A stretch of 64,000 nt of DNA from the NCBI GenBank assembly GCA_013239625.1, contig MU053873.1, forward strand, positions 3,640,273 to 3,704,272. The letters are read 5' to 3'. Of the stretch, positions 26,840 to 43,129 are shown piece by piece. Source of the stretch: Lama guanicoe (taxonomy: Eukaryota). The translations under genes and the position numbers were made by a program. Position 1 is the first letter of the stretch. Each line of letters starts with the position of its first letter. The notes below the pieces were generated by a model. The model searched no databases, had not been told where the DNA came from, and saw only the letters and a list, made by a program, of their open reading frames with translations.

Positions 26840-27240
26840 GGGGCGGGGGGAGGGAAGAAAAGTCCCGGCCGGCCCGCCTGCCGGACGGCGCACTCACCCA
26901 GAGGCACCGCAGGAGCTTCAGCAAGCCGGGGCAGTAATAATACTCCATGTCTGGCGCCCGGGGTTATGCCGCCCGCATCGCGCTCGCTTCCAGTCTCCCG
27001 CCGGAGGGGGCGGCCCTTCCCGCCCCGCTTGTCACGCAGGAGTCAAGTTCAAGGCGGCATGAATCATTCAGGGGCCGGCTCGCGGCCAGCGGACCAGCCC
27101 GACGCCCCGCTAATGGCCAAGGCCGCCTTCGGGGCGGGGAAGCCGCTCAGGTCCCGTGAGCACCCCCCTGGAGCATCTCAGCGGGGGCCCACCCAGGGGC
27201 GGCCCCTCCCAAACCCAGCCGAGTGGTCCAGACCCTGGAG
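26840..27240 (-). promoter_or_regulatory. CpG-rich island, putative intronic alternative promoter
   Basis: Dense CpG/GC content with GC boxes (CCGCCC) and a TGAATCA AP-1-like site near 27060, directly upstream (on the minus strand) of the 26948 ATG. Confidence 0.6.
26898..26948 (-). CDS. KIAA1671: Putative alternative first coding exon of a short KIAA1671 isoform (MEYYYCPGLLKLLRCLW)
   Basis: ATG in strong context (GACATGG), 17 codons, then donor TGG|GTGAGT in phase 0, the same phase as the donor at 31118; located at the edge of a CpG-rich island. Confidence 0.75.
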
Positions 27241-30200
27241 GGAGGCAGTTTCAGCTGTGTGGCAGAAAAAGAGAGGATGAAGCCCCTGAACTGAGTGTGT
27301 GTGTATGTGTGTGTGTGTGTCATGTGAGTTGTGAGAACGAGTTCCTCCCCCAAGCCACACACTGAGGGGGGCGCTCCCTGACTCCTTCCATGTAAAGGAA
27401 ATAAATCAACAGGTCCCCACAGCTCCTCCCAGCTTCAGTCAAGTTCCTTCTGCCTCAGCTAAGCTTCTGAGCAGCCCTGGAAGGAGGGCTTACATTTTAG
27501 CCCCATTTTACAGAGGGGAACACGGAGGCCCAGAGAGGGCTAGGGACTTCGTCAGGGTCATACAGCGAGGTGGAACCTGAGCCAAGGCAGGAGGAACCCA
27601 GGCCTCCCACCCAGCCTTGGGTTCTGCCTGCTTCTATGGGCAGCCGCCCAGCACAGGGGAGGAGGATGCTGAGGAAGGGGGAGACCGGCTCCCAGAGTCA
27701 CCATCTGCCAGCAGAGGGGGTAGGGGGCAGGGGGAGCATCCATTTTCAGAAATTAGAAATGCCAATTAGAGCATACCTGAGACTGACCCGAGGCAACCTT
27801 TCCTGGATGTTTCCTTCAAAAGAGTGTGATCTTAGCAAGCCATGCCACGTTCCTGAGCCTCAGTTACCCCTTCTGTAAAATGGCATGGATTACCCCTGTA
27901 GTTCAGGGTTTTGTGCACCGTTTGAGGTAGGATAATACCAAAACATCTTGTTTAGACCCCACAGTGCTTCCCTGGGGGAAACATCATCTCCACCGGCCAG
28001 ATGAGGAAACTGGAGCCCGAGAGCAAAGGGAGTTTGCCGGGTGAACGGTGGGGCAGCCCAGAGCTCCAGCTCAACACCACCTCCGTCGGGTCAGCCCAGG
28101 TTCCACGAGAGCCATATCTGAGGGGAGGAGGGAAAAGCTGGGTGGGGAGGGGCGTCAGGCCCTTGGCAGAGGCGCCGGGCGGGGAGCCGGGCTCCTGCCC
28201 CCCAGGCCCCGCCGACCATATGCACCACATGCATCAGCCCCGCACCCAAGCTGGGGCAGAGCAGCTGACAGGAAAGCCACAGGGACACCAGCAGGGAGAG
28301 CTGAGCTCAGCAGGGGAGGAAACCATGGGGCGAACTTCAAAGCTCTTCAAAAGCAGGCCTGTGGCTCCTCTGTCTCAGCGCCTGACATCCGGCAGGCGAT
28401 GCGCCCCAGATGATGGCACAGCTGGGGCCCCTGCTCACTGACTGACTGACTGACGACACTGCTCACTGAGGGGCTAAGAGAACAGCGGGAAGGTGGCCCT
28501 TGCCGACTCTGACTCACGTACGGAGGAGCTGTCCATCACCACCAGGGGCGTGGAGGCTGCTGACGGCCACTGCTCAGCCTCCCACTAGCTTGACAGAGAC
28601 GGCCCAAGAGAAATGGACTGGGAGGGGCCGAGGCTTGAAATAGGACTGAACGTTCCTCTTCTCAAGCGACCCTGTGTTCAAGCAGAGGATTCAGCATCTC
28701 TGAAAACATATCTGCTTAGGTCAGGAATGTCATTTCTCTATTCACAGGGCTGTCATTATGGGCTACCCATCCCGCAGGCACACACATACCCCTACCAAAC
28801 ACACCTCTTTTAGAAATAAAATAAAAACTTTTTTTCTAACAAAAAAAAAATCATTTCTTCAGAAGAGAAACAGCATCAGAGAAAACAAACCAGGGCAGCC
28901 AGGGCTGTGAGGATGGCAAGTGAACGTCCCAATTCAGCCCCGCAGCTCTGACGGGCTTGCAAAACTGACCTGATGGGACCTGATGGGGAACACAACACGT
29001 GCACCCAAATCAGTGACAAGTGTTAAATAAAAATCTAACTGGCTGCAGAAATTTTGGCTTTTTTTTTTTTTTTAATTTTTTTTTGGTTTAGAATGAAGGC
29101 CCTAATGCAAAACGGGTTAAAAACTAACAAGAAAGCAAAGTGTTCAAACTAGAGCACCCCCTATCCTGCCCTCTGGTGGTCACTTGTGAATATTGCACCC
29201 GGAAGCTGATAACCTTTTCATCAGGCAGGAGGAATGGAGGGTGGGGGGTAGACAGGGAAATTGCAGCAAGAAGCCCCACTTGGGTGATTTCTGATGGAGG
29301 ACATTGAGGTCATTTCTGATGCCCCCAGAAGGTGGAGGCTTCCAAAAGGGTCTAACATCCTTGGACGGAGTCCCGCCAGTGCCACGTGCCCACTGTATGA
29401 ACCTAGACCAAGGCACTCACTTCCCAAGCCTCAGTGTCCCTGAGTTGTGGCAAGGATTCAGCGAGATAATATGTGAGACAGGACTGCCCACACTGCATGT
29501 GTTCATTGAAGGTGGTGAGGTGTGGTTAAGTTAAAAAAATTTTTTTTCCCCAGCGTATAAAAATGGTGAAGTTTCACATTAAGATCGAATCAAGATCTTC
29601 AGTTTTGCTTGAAACATCAGATTGTCCAGCCACTCTGGGCAGGGATGGGCTGGAACGCAGCAGGGTCCCATCCCTCATCCCTGTCTGTCATTAAAATCCC
29701 CCATGCCTGCCTGGCCTGGCTTCTGGGGGTAGCTCCTGATGTGGAATCTCAAGGGACACCCCCTGCAAATCCAGATTCAAAAGCCTGGAGGCAACCTTGG
29801 TGTGTCTGTCTGAGGCTGGCATTTAGGAATCACCAGGTCAGGGGGTTTCTGAGGCAGGAGGAGTGGGGCCTGGTCCTCAGAATGCTGCCCCACCCCGTTT
29901 TACAGAGGAGGAGACTGAAGTTCAGGGAGATGAAGTTTCCTGTCCTGGGCCGTAAAGCTGGAAGGAATGGACCTAGGATTTCAAGACTGCAGGATCCCAC
30001 GTCTTGGAGATGTGAGAACAGGCACAGATACCACTGAGACGCACGGAGCCTCAAAATCAAAATGACCTCAGGAACAGAACTGGTGTTGCCTCATTAAAAA
30101 AGGCTTATCTCAGATGTCCCCACGTAGGGCCTGGGGCCCAGGAGGGACTTCACAAGCCAGTGCTGAACTCAGCAGATCTCTAAGGAACTCAAGTCCAAAA

Positions 30201-30898
30201 ACCCGCACACATACACACACATACAGACAAAGAAAAACTAGGAAAGAAAATCACAGTAAGTCAGAAGTGGGAAAGCCCTGGGATCCAGCCGGGGACATCG
30301 AGGTTCCGGGGGAGGGGCCTCCCCAGGGTCCTGCTGCGTTATTTTACCCACCTTTTTTCCACAAGTGAGGAGACAGGCTGAGAGGGAGGAAGTGCTGGTC
30401 AAATGGAGGCTCAAAAACAATAATGATAATGGTAACCTAACACTTATTCAAGTGTTTGCTGTGCACCCCGGATGGTGTCAAACCCATCTCCAGTTATCTT
30501 ATCTGAGCCCCACATCAGCCCTGTGAAGGAGATACTATTATTAGCCCCATTTTGCAGATGAGGAAACAGAGGCCGGGCGCCAGGTTACACGCAGAGCCAG
30601 GATCTGAAGCCAGGTGATCCAGCTCCGTTACCAGCCAGACACTGCCTTCCTCCTGTCACTACCACAACCACCGGTTACTGTCTGAATTCCTCTGTGCTGG
30701 TTCCTACACGCAGTCTGACTCCATTCTCCCAACAGTGCAGAAGAAATTGGAACCACAGTCCCATTTTCCAGGTGAAGAAACCGAGATGCAGAGAAATTAA
30801 CTAAACTGCTCAAAGAGGCTGAGAGGCAGGGACGGTGCTGGAATTCAAACCCAGGGCTTTCAGACCCCAGCACGTGTTCTCTGAATCGCTCCGTGCTA

Positions 30899-31309
<411 letters not shown>

Positions 31310-31597
31310 TTATGTTGCAGCGAGAGAGTCCATTCTACCTAAAAGAGCAAAGAGAAAAATTAAAGTGCCAGCTGCATCCCTACCTTCCCCATCCCACGGT
31401 GGTCCACCTCCGTGATGGGGGGGGGGCTGGGTTCAGCCCAGCCTCAGCCACTTAATAACTGTGTGACCTCGGGTGAGTGCCTTAACCTCTCTGATCCTTG
31501 ACCATATGGGAAAAGACCCACAATAACAGGCCTTAGCTTCTAGGTTCCCGGATGAACCAAATGAGGAAGAGCACATGGAAAGTGTGTGACTCAGTGC

Positions 31598-31614
31598 TGC
31601 CACCAGGGGGCGGA
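31598..31614 (+). promoter_or_regulatory. CTCF motif match
   Basis: TGCCACCAGGGGGCGG fits CCASYAGRKGGCRS; TGACTCA (AP-1) at 31587-31593. Confidence 0.5.
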
Positions 31615-32239
31615 TGTGCATAAGACCTGGGCGCCTGGCTTGCTTCATCCAGGTCTCAGAAATGTTAGCCAGCCTTGTGACTGCCACTGGCAACTTTTGG
31701 CAACCGCATTTTAGACAGCTTTCCATGCATCCAAACACACATGCACATGATACACAGAGAAATGATACATGAATACGACGGTACTAGGTATGCTAGTGTG
31801 AAACCTTCCATTTCTATACACAGGGGAAACATTCACAAGCCAGTAAATATGGGACTCCAGAATGCGGACTGGATTTACCTCACACTGTCCCCGCACAGAC
31901 AAGGAAAAGAAGGCCCAGAGAGGGAAAGCATCTGCTTAAGGACACACAGCATGAGTGAAGGGCAAGGCTGGATTCCTGATCCCTGGCCTCACAGCCTCTT
32001 TTCTGATGCCTTATGAGACCCTCTGGTTCTCTTCCGACCTCCCTGGCTGTTCCCTCTCAGCCTCCCTGTGTCACAGAGGGACATCGAAAGGTGGGTCCCA
32101 GGCTAGCCACAGACCCTTCCAATCGCTCCTCCCTGCCTTGCCCATCACCAGCTGGGCAGGCCAAGGCCCGTGGCTCACCCTCCATCCCTTCTTTCTGCCC
32201 CATCAACAAAGCTGAGACTCATTTAAAAATGGCCTCAGA

Positions 32240-32830
32240 ATTCTACAACCATCATCACACTCACGTTTAAAATATCTTCATCACCCCCTAGAGAGCCCCG
32301 CACCCATATTCCCCTGATACCTTCCAGTCCTGGGCAACCATACATCTACTTTTTGCCTCTATGGATTGGCCAGAACGTAGGACATTTCACATACATGGAA
32401 TCACACGTGTGGTCCTTTGTGACTGGCCTCTTCCACGTAGCATCATGTTTTCAGGGTTCATCCATACTGGGCATGTATCAGTGCTTCATTCCTTTTCATG
32501 GCCGAATAATATTCTGTTATATGGATACACCCCCATTTTATTTATCCATTCATCAGTGATGGGCACTCGGGGTGTTCCCACTTTTTGGCTATTATGGAGA
32601 TCGCTGCTGGGAACCTTTATGCACAAGTTTTTGTGTGCACATAAGCTTTCATTTCTTTGGATACACACCTGGGATACAGTAACTCCAGGTGTCAGTTTTG
32701 GGGACTGCCAGACTATTTTCCAAAGCAACTGCATCATTTTACATTCCCACCTGCAGAGTATGAGCGTTCTAATTTTTCTGCAATCTAACCGACATTTGTT
32801 GCCACCTGTCTTTTTGGTTCTAGCCAACTA
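32240..32830 (-). mobile_element. Old L1 (L1M-type) fragment
   Basis: Antisense ORF resembles the L1 ORF2 C-terminus (WECKMMQLLWKIVWQ..., DEWINKM). Confidence 0.75.
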
Positions 32831-33078
32831 GTCCAGTGCCCACTGGGGTCCCTCCAGCATCCACTCCTCTCCATGCTGGGGCCTCTTCACTTGCTGCCTC
32901 TGCCTCCTCCCTGCAGATCTTGGTCTGCCTGGGTCTCTTCCATCACTCAAATGGCATCTGTCAAGTCCCTTCCCAGGAGACCAGCCCCTTAGGAAAAGGG
33001 GGTGACAGGGAGGTTACACTGTCTCCCCCGGACTTATGCTCTCTAACCGATCCCACTCACTCAGCTTGCCCACCCAGA

Positions 33079-33260
33079 CCAGTGCTGCCCACTAGAGCCC
33101 TCTGTGGCTGTGGCGATGTTCCCCATCTGGGCTGCCCACTGCCACGGCCGTGGGCCACTGGTGGCTTTTGTGCGCTTGGACGTGTCCAGTGTGACTGAGG
33201 AACTGAATTCTGAATTTCAACGACCACATGCGGCTAGTGACTGCCATACTGGACAGCACG
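33079..33260 (+). mobile_element. MER3-like hAT element
   Basis: cagtgctgcccactagagc...gtgactgaggaactgaatt...ctggacagcac. Confidence 0.65.
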
Positions 33261-34058
33261 GCCTGATGCAAAGGACCTGCAAACAGGGCCTGGCCCCGGG
33301 TTTGCATGTTATTTTGTGACAAATCTCCAGCTAGTCCGTGAGGCAGGCAGGATTCCCATTCCACAGATGAGGACACTGAGGCTCAGAGAGGTCTGGCAAG
33401 GTGCCCGGAGTCACACAGCTGGTAATTCACAAAGCTAGGTCTGCCGAATCCCAGGTCTGCAGCATTTGCAGTCCAGGGCTGTTTCCAGGAAGAAGCCAAA
33501 TTGTGAACGTATAAAGGGCTCATCTTCCTTATAAAGAACTTTTTCTCTAAAAGAAAAGTGGCGGAACTTTCACAGGTGACGGGAAGGAAATGCAAATGGC
33601 CGCACACACAGTGACGAGATGAGGGGCACTCACTTGGAGCGGGGGGCACATGAGCTCCAGAAGCCTGATAACCCAGCCGGCTGGCAAGGCCGAGGGGAGA
33701 CGGGGCCCCGTCACTGCTGGTGAGGATGTGACATGGCACAGCTCCACCACAGGGCGAGCCAGCACAGTCCTGCAGAATCCCAACTCCCGTCCCCCTTGGA
33801 CGGGCAGCCACCATTCTGGACCCAGGGATATTACCCACATGTGTGCGAAATGACATAAGGACCTGGGTCGTCAATAGTAAGAGATGGGAAATAGCACCCA
33901 GCTCCACCACACACAACCAAAAATAATGAGGACGTTCGCTCTCTGTGGGCTGAATCCACAAGCTCTTCAAGATGCATTATATGAAAAAAAAAAAAAGGCA
34001 GGTGGCAGATCTGTGGGTTCAGCAGTGACCCTCCATCCAAGAATCCCCAGGGGTGCTT

Positions 34059-34152
34059 TTCTATTTTGGGGGGTTAGTGAGGTGCTGGGAATTGAACCCA
34101 GGACCTCATGCATGCCCAGCATGCGGTCTACCACTGAGCTGTACCCCACTTC
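34059..34152 (-). mobile_element. tRNA-derived SINE (camelid Vic-1-like)
   Basis: Reverse complement GGGGTACAGCTCAGTGGTAGA...GGTTCAATTCCCAGCACCTC with A/B boxes; 15-bp TSD TCCCCAGGGGTGCTT at 34044-34058 and 34153-34167. Confidence 0.85.
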
Positions 34153-34930
34153 TCCCCAGGGGTGCTTATAAAACTAACAAAGGCAGGCCCCACCCCAGAG
34201 ACTTCAGCCAAATTGGCCCAGAGGGGAGGGCCCTGCACTGCTGTCTTTGAGGATCCCCTGGGCAACCAAAGTTTCAACCACTTGCAGAGAATGTTCTCTT
34301 TTTTGGAAAAGGGAGGCAAAAACAAGACTGTGTATTCACATTTGCTTGTATCTTTGGAAAGGCACTCTGTAAGGATTTGGACAGAATAGAATATGACCCC
34401 TGCATGAGGAATAGGAGGGTGCAGAATGAGAGGTTTGGGGAATCCTCACTTTGTAAGTATTTTGGAAGCCATGTGAAAATATTCTCTCTTGAAACGAAAA
34501 TAAATCATCTGATTAAATGAAATACTATCTTTGGGGCTGGGACAAAGTTTTGATCAATGTTAAGTGAGAAAGAAAGAGAGAGAGCAGGAGGAAGGGAGGA
34601 ATCACTAACTGCCATCACACCCTGTGTGGGGTACATGAGCCGAACTGGCTGTCAATCAAGACATCTTCACCCAAGGCAGCAAAGGTGTATCTCAAGATGC
34701 TCAATGAAGCTCTAGAACTCAAATCAACCCAAATGTCCATCAATAAGACTCTGGATAAAAAAAATTTGGGCTCAGTCCCCATAATAAAAGACTCTGCAAC
34801 CATGAAAAACAATGGGATTAGGTACGCACTGTTTTTGACTGCTACATTTAAGAAAGCAAGTTGTGAGATTTTCAGGAGAACGCAGCAACGTTTCCATAAA
34901 ACAGTATGTATTTATCTCTCTGTGTCAAGC

Positions 34931-35143
34931 CGTGGGTTCTCGGCGTTGGGACTATGCACATTTGGGGCAGGACCATTCTCTGTGGTGGGGCTGTCCTGTG
35001 CATTGCAGAATACGGGCTAGCATCCTTGGTCTCCACTCACCACATGCCAGAAGTAAACTCTTCCCCGGTTGTGAAAACAAACACTGTCTCAAACTTTGCC
35101 AAACGTGCCCAAGAAGTAAAGCTGCCCATGGTTGAGAACCATG
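34931..35143 (-). mobile_element. MER20-like hAT element
   Basis: ggggctgtcctgtgcattgcag...ggttgagaacca. Confidence 0.7.
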
Positions 35144-35283
35144 AACGGGGCCTGGATGTGCTGCAGACTCATTTTGGGGAGCATTTCCTTCTAAACCACG
35201 TGTTTCTATCACATTTTAAATTGTGCTCAAGCATTCATTAGTTTTGCAATAAGAAAAATACAACAGTTATAAATAAATACATA

Positions 35284-35434
35284 GGGAGGGAGGGTATAGC
35301 TCAGTGGTAGAACGCATGCTTAGCATGCAAAAGGTCCTGGGTTCAAACCCCAGCACCTCCATTAAAAAAAAAAAAGAATAAACAGTAATATTGCCTATAA
35401 AATTTAAATAACCAATAAAGGCTTTAAAATTTTC
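35284..35434 (+). mobile_element. tRNA-derived SINE (Vic-1-like)
   Basis: GGGTATAGCTCAGTGGTAGA...GGTTCAAACCCCAGCACCTCC plus A-rich tail; 14-bp TSD TAAATAAATACATA at 35270-35283 and 35435-35448. Confidence 0.85.
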
Positions 35435-37273
35435 TAAATAAATACATATATGATGGTAAGCCACTCTGTAATACAGGAGAATCCCCAAGGATATAAAAAG
35501 CTGTAACTGGATGCATCTGGGGACGGGAAAGGGAAGGGGGTCCAAGGGGACACTTTTCTATATACATTATACACTCTTGTGAGGTTTGAATTTTCAGCAA
35601 CCAACATTTTGTATTTCTGCATTGCTCTTTTATTTTTCAAAGGTCAAGAACCAGAGATCCTGGAGCAGGACAGAAGAGGAACGGGGAGCTGGTCCAAGGA
35701 TTCCCAGTCCCTTGGTGAGAAAACAGACCCCCTGGCAACCAGCACTTGTGGGGCCCCGGCACCCCGGGCAGGCGTCCAAGGCACCCGAGGCCGGGGGCCC
35801 CCTCCACGAGGCCCCGACTCTCCAACTGCCAGCGCGCCCCGGAGTGAGGCGCTGGCACCCAGATGAAGTGTCACATTTCCATGGCCTCTCCCCTGGCCCA
35901 CGTTCTCACAACAACAGCCTGGAGTTGGGGGGGCACCCTTCTCGGAGCCCACCTGCTGGGCCCCCTGTGTGTTTGGCCCGTGCCCGGCATTTATGTCCTC
36001 TCAGCCTGATAGCAGTGCTTTGAGGAAGGAATCCTCGTTAACCCGGAGGTGGGAAACTGAGGCTCGGGGAGTGCCAAGTGCCTGCTTTCCATGCAGCTGA
36101 GCTGCTGAGATTCCAACGCAAGCCTGAACGTGATCATTGGAAGAGACGTGGGTTCAAGGCCCGACTCCACCACTTACCCACTCTTAACCATAGATGAGTT
36201 CTCTTACTGTTTAATTTCCACAGCATCCCTTTCTAGGTTGGATGGCGGGGTGACGGGGAGGGACACTAAGTCAGATTCCACACTGCCCCCAGGGCATGCC
36301 ATGTTTTTTCCCCACCTCTGAGACTCTGCACAGGCTGTGCTCCCACCAAGAATGCCCCCAGCTACCCTCATCAGCTCATCCAAATTCACATCCATCCCTC
36401 AAGGTGGGCTCAAGCCAGCCCCTCCTCTGGGACGCCTTCCTGGGCTTCTCTCCAGTGCCACACTCTGCACCATATCATTTCCTGGCTGGCTATCGATCAC
36501 CATGTCCCATCTCTGCACAGGGATCTGAAGCGCCCTGAGGACAAGGCTCCATGCCTCAGATTTCTTCCCCGTCTTCACGATCCCTCATTCCACCAAACGC
36601 TCAGGTACCAGGCCAGAACTGGGTGCAAACACTAGTTTTGCCACTTGGTGCTGTGTGACCTGGGATAAGTTACTGAACCTCTCTGAGCCTCAGCTTTGTC
36701 CATCTGCACTAGATGATGGTACCTGCAGCAGATGCTGTGGGCACTCTGCCCAACACTCACGGACACACTGATGCTATGGGAGGATTTTTCTCTCCAGCGC
36801 TGAGTGTGGCACCAGCCAGGTTAGAGGAGTCTGAATATTAACAGCCCCCGAGACAGCCTCAAGCAAGGACAGAAGGGGACTGGGAAATAAATACTCCAGG
36901 TTCCCTGCCCCTTGGGCAGGGCCACGCAGAGGTGACCTGCGCTGATTCCCAGCGGTCTCCAGTGCCCACAGTGGCACCTTTATCACCTGCCTTCCCTCAC
37001 CTGCCTGACTTCTCTGCTCCGCCCCCACCCAGCTCCCCTGGGAGTCATCTTCTAAAACAACTTGCAAGGGGCTGCTTTTGTGGAAACCCGAACCACGACA
37101 CTCTCTCTTTTGTGGGACCATCCTGAGGGTCACATAAGATCGCTCATTTGCTCGTTCAACAAACACTTCTTGAATGGTTCACAAAACGTCAGGCAGGATG
37201 CTGAATTCTGGGGATACAATGATGAGCTTGCTGCCACCTACAGGAAGACAGCAGGTGCTCAATAAATGATACC

Positions 37274-37474
37274 GGGTGAGGGGAGGAGGGTATAGCTTGG
37301 AGGTAGTGCGTGCCTAATAGGCACAAGGTACTGGGTTCCATCCCCAGTACCTCCATTTAAAAAACACGAACTACCCCCCACCAAAAAAAGTATACAGCGC
37401 ATGTCAATTTTATCTCAATTTTTTAAAAAAGTGGAAGAAAAAAAAGAATGATTTGAAAAAAAATTTTTTTAATA
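37274..37474 (+). mobile_element. tRNA-derived SINE (Vic-1-like), diverged, extended tail
   Basis: GGGTATAGCTTGGAGGTAG...GGTTCCATCCCCAGTACCTCC; 13-bp TSD AATAAATGATACC at 37261-37273 and 37475-37487. Confidence 0.8.
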
Positions 37475-37891
37475 AATAAATGATACCTGTCATCATTGTT
37501 CTAGGCCAGAAGTTTCAAATCGGTAGCCCACAGGCTGTAGAGAACGGGGACAAAAGCATTGTTTGAACTAAATAGCGTTTTTTTTTTTTGGCTTTTTTTT
37601 TAGTAAGTTGTCCTCCTCATTACATGATGGGGGTGCAGATTACACACAAAAATCTGTTTTGTTTTGTTTTGTTTTCTGATTCTCTCGTTAAGTCAGATCA
37701 GCCTTTCTCACTGGTCAAGGACCAGCGGGGACTGAGCAGTGGTTGTTCCCTGTCACATTAAGGCATGAGCTCTCCATTTGCCACAATCCCCACCTTTCCC
37801 TAGCGTCTCACACCCAGCCGGACTCCACTCACTTCCATACCCACCTGGCCCAGGTAGGTTCTGATTCTGAGGCCCCTGGCCTGCACGTTTA

Positions 37892-40828
<2,937 letters not shown>

Positions 40829-41499
40829 TTAGAGACTGAACACAGCCAGTGTGAGTGAGGATGTGGGGAAACGGACACTCTCAGACACGGCTGCAGAGAA
40901 GATAAGTGGGCATGACTCTTGGGCAATTCAGTGTGTCTGTCATGATTTTAAGATACTCATTGCCTTTTATCTGGCCAGTTTTCACCCAGGATTCCTTCTT
41001 TGCCCATGTGCACAAGTCTATGTGAACAAGAACGTTCATATAACACTGTTGGTGGAACAAAAGAATACAGGAACAACCTAAATGCCGATCTGAAGGGTAC
41101 TGGCTAAATAAATTCTGATGTATCCAAACAACTGAATACCACACAGGCACTTGGACCCATGGCAGGGGCGGGTCCTCATGTTGTGACATCTAAGCACAGA
41201 TAAACTGTTGTTGTGTTGAGGTGGGAGAAAAGCAGACTGTATATTTATAATAAAATACCATTTAAAAAAATGTACATGTGTGTGCATGTGTATCTACAAA
41301 TACACATGTAGATAAACAGTGGAAAAGACATAAATCAAACTGTGAGCGAGGGAGTGAGGGTGGGAAGAAGGAATGAGGATGAAAACATCATCTTTTAAAC
41401 TTACACACTTCAGTCCTGTTTGATTTTTATAATATGCATGCATTTTCACTTAGTCCTTTTCTAATCTTTCTTTTTTTCTGTTAGAGATAAGTCTACTTC

Positions 41500-42010
41500 A
41501 GCAAGTTAAATAAAGACTTAACCAAATGACCCATCAATTCCATTGCTGAGTATACACCCAAAAGAATTGAAAACAGGTGTTCAGACAAAAACTTGTATAC
41601 CAATGTCCACAGCAGCGTTATTCGCAGTAGCCAAAGGCAGAAACTCAAGTGTCCATTGATGGATGAATGGATAAACAAAATATGGTATATCTGTGCAGTG
41701 GAATATTATTCAGCCATAAAAAAGACTATAACACTGATATATGAATGCTCTAATATGGATGAAACTTGAAAACATTATGCAAAGTGAAAGAAGGTAGAGA
41801 CAAAAAGCCACATATTATATGATTCCACTTATATGGAATGTCCAGAACAGGCAAGCCTATAGAGACATAAAGTAGATGCGTGGTGGCCAGGGGTGGGGGG
41901 CGGGAAGTGACTGGGGAAGGTGTTACCATTTTGGGGTGATGAAAAATTCCGGAACTAAAGAGTGGGGGTGATGGTTGCACAACATTGAGAATCTCCTTAA
42001 TGCCACGGAA
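41500..42010 (+). mobile_element. Old L1 (L1MB-like) 3' fragment
   Basis: gatggatgaatggataaacaaaatatggtata...gaatattattcagccataaaaa motifs. Confidence 0.75.
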
Positions 42011-42642
42011 TTGTTTGTTTTAATATCGTTACAAAGCAGGCAGGGCCACAGTTCACTAATCTCTACTTTAGATGATGGAATGCCATTAAAGACTTTTAAA
42101 AACATATTGATTTAAATTTTTTGTTTACATTTTATTACATAAATTTTGAGTGATATATGAATCCATTCTCATTGTATAAGGACCTAAACAACACAGACAA
42201 AGCTCAAGTCCTTTTCTGCCCTCATTCAAATATCAAATACCAGTTCCCTTCCCAGATAACAACTGTTATCAATGGGGAATGGATCTGGGAAGAACTTTCC
42301 AGAACTATCTTCTTGCAAACGTGTGTGTGTATTTTTGTAAGTGTGTGTGTGCATGTGTATACACACATAGCTTGTTTTTTAAATCAAAATATATATATTT
42401 ATTGTTCTTAAAAATAGTTTAAAAGGTATATTTTATGTTATGTGTATTTAACCACAATGGAAAAAAAAAATCACCAAAAGAAAAGGTTATTTATAGAGAT
42501 GAACTCTCATGATAATTAAAGCAAGGGTTTCTTTATTAATTCTTCGTTTTTGGGAAAATTTTTAAACATATATGAAATTACAGATTAGAATAATAAATTT
42601 GCTAGAAAGAAAAAAATAAATATCATTAAAAGAAAAAAAAAT

Positions 42643-42812
42643 GGGGGGGAGGGTGTAGCTCCGTGGTAGAGTGCGTGCTTAGCATGCACGAGGTCCTGGG
42701 TTCAATCCCCAGTACGTCCATTAAAAAATAATAAATAAATAAACAAACCTAATTCCCTTCCCTCCCCCCCGAAAAAAAGAGTGAAAAAATAAATAAAAGA
42801 ATAAAATAATAA
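42643..42812 (+). mobile_element. tRNA-derived SINE (Vic-1-like)
   Basis: GGGTGTAGCTCCGTGGTAGA...GGTTCAATCCCCAGTAC, followed by an A-rich segment, AAACCTAATT-C-rich block and a second A-rich tail. Confidence 0.85.
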
Positions 42813-43129
42813 GATCGGCTCAACCCATCCCCTGGATTCAATGACAATCATTTTGCCCCGCTTGCTTCAGGAAGCTTTTTGTGTTCCTGCAGTTGTTGCC
42901 ACCATGGTATCTTAAGGTGACTATGAGTTTTACTTTAATGGGCCCCTCTCCTGTGCATCTTTAAAGACATGCTTCAGAATGTCCAAGGATAAATACAGGA
43001 CAAACTGCCCAGCCCAGGAGTGGTGGGCCCTGCTGTTCAGAGCCGGCTCACCTTGGTTGGGGATTTATGATGGAAGGGGTTCAGACGGGCTTGCAACCAA
43101 GCCCTCGTGTCTAAAACTCTGCCAAAGTT

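Noticed and set aside
27355..27378. CTCF-like ACTGAGGGGGGCGC
   Set aside because: The 5' half of the motif mismatches the consensus at several positions.
28510..28540. ATG GAC AGC TCC TCC GTA C|GTGAGT on the minus strand as another alternative first exon
   Set aside because: The consensus donor is phase 1 (incompatible), the phase-0 alternative GTACGT is weak, and there is no clear promoter evidence.
35284..35362. tRNA-like sequence with A and B boxes (also at 34.1, 37.3, 42.6 and 62.6 kb)
   Set aside because: A-rich tails, target-site duplications and divergence among copies indicate SINEs, not tRNA genes.
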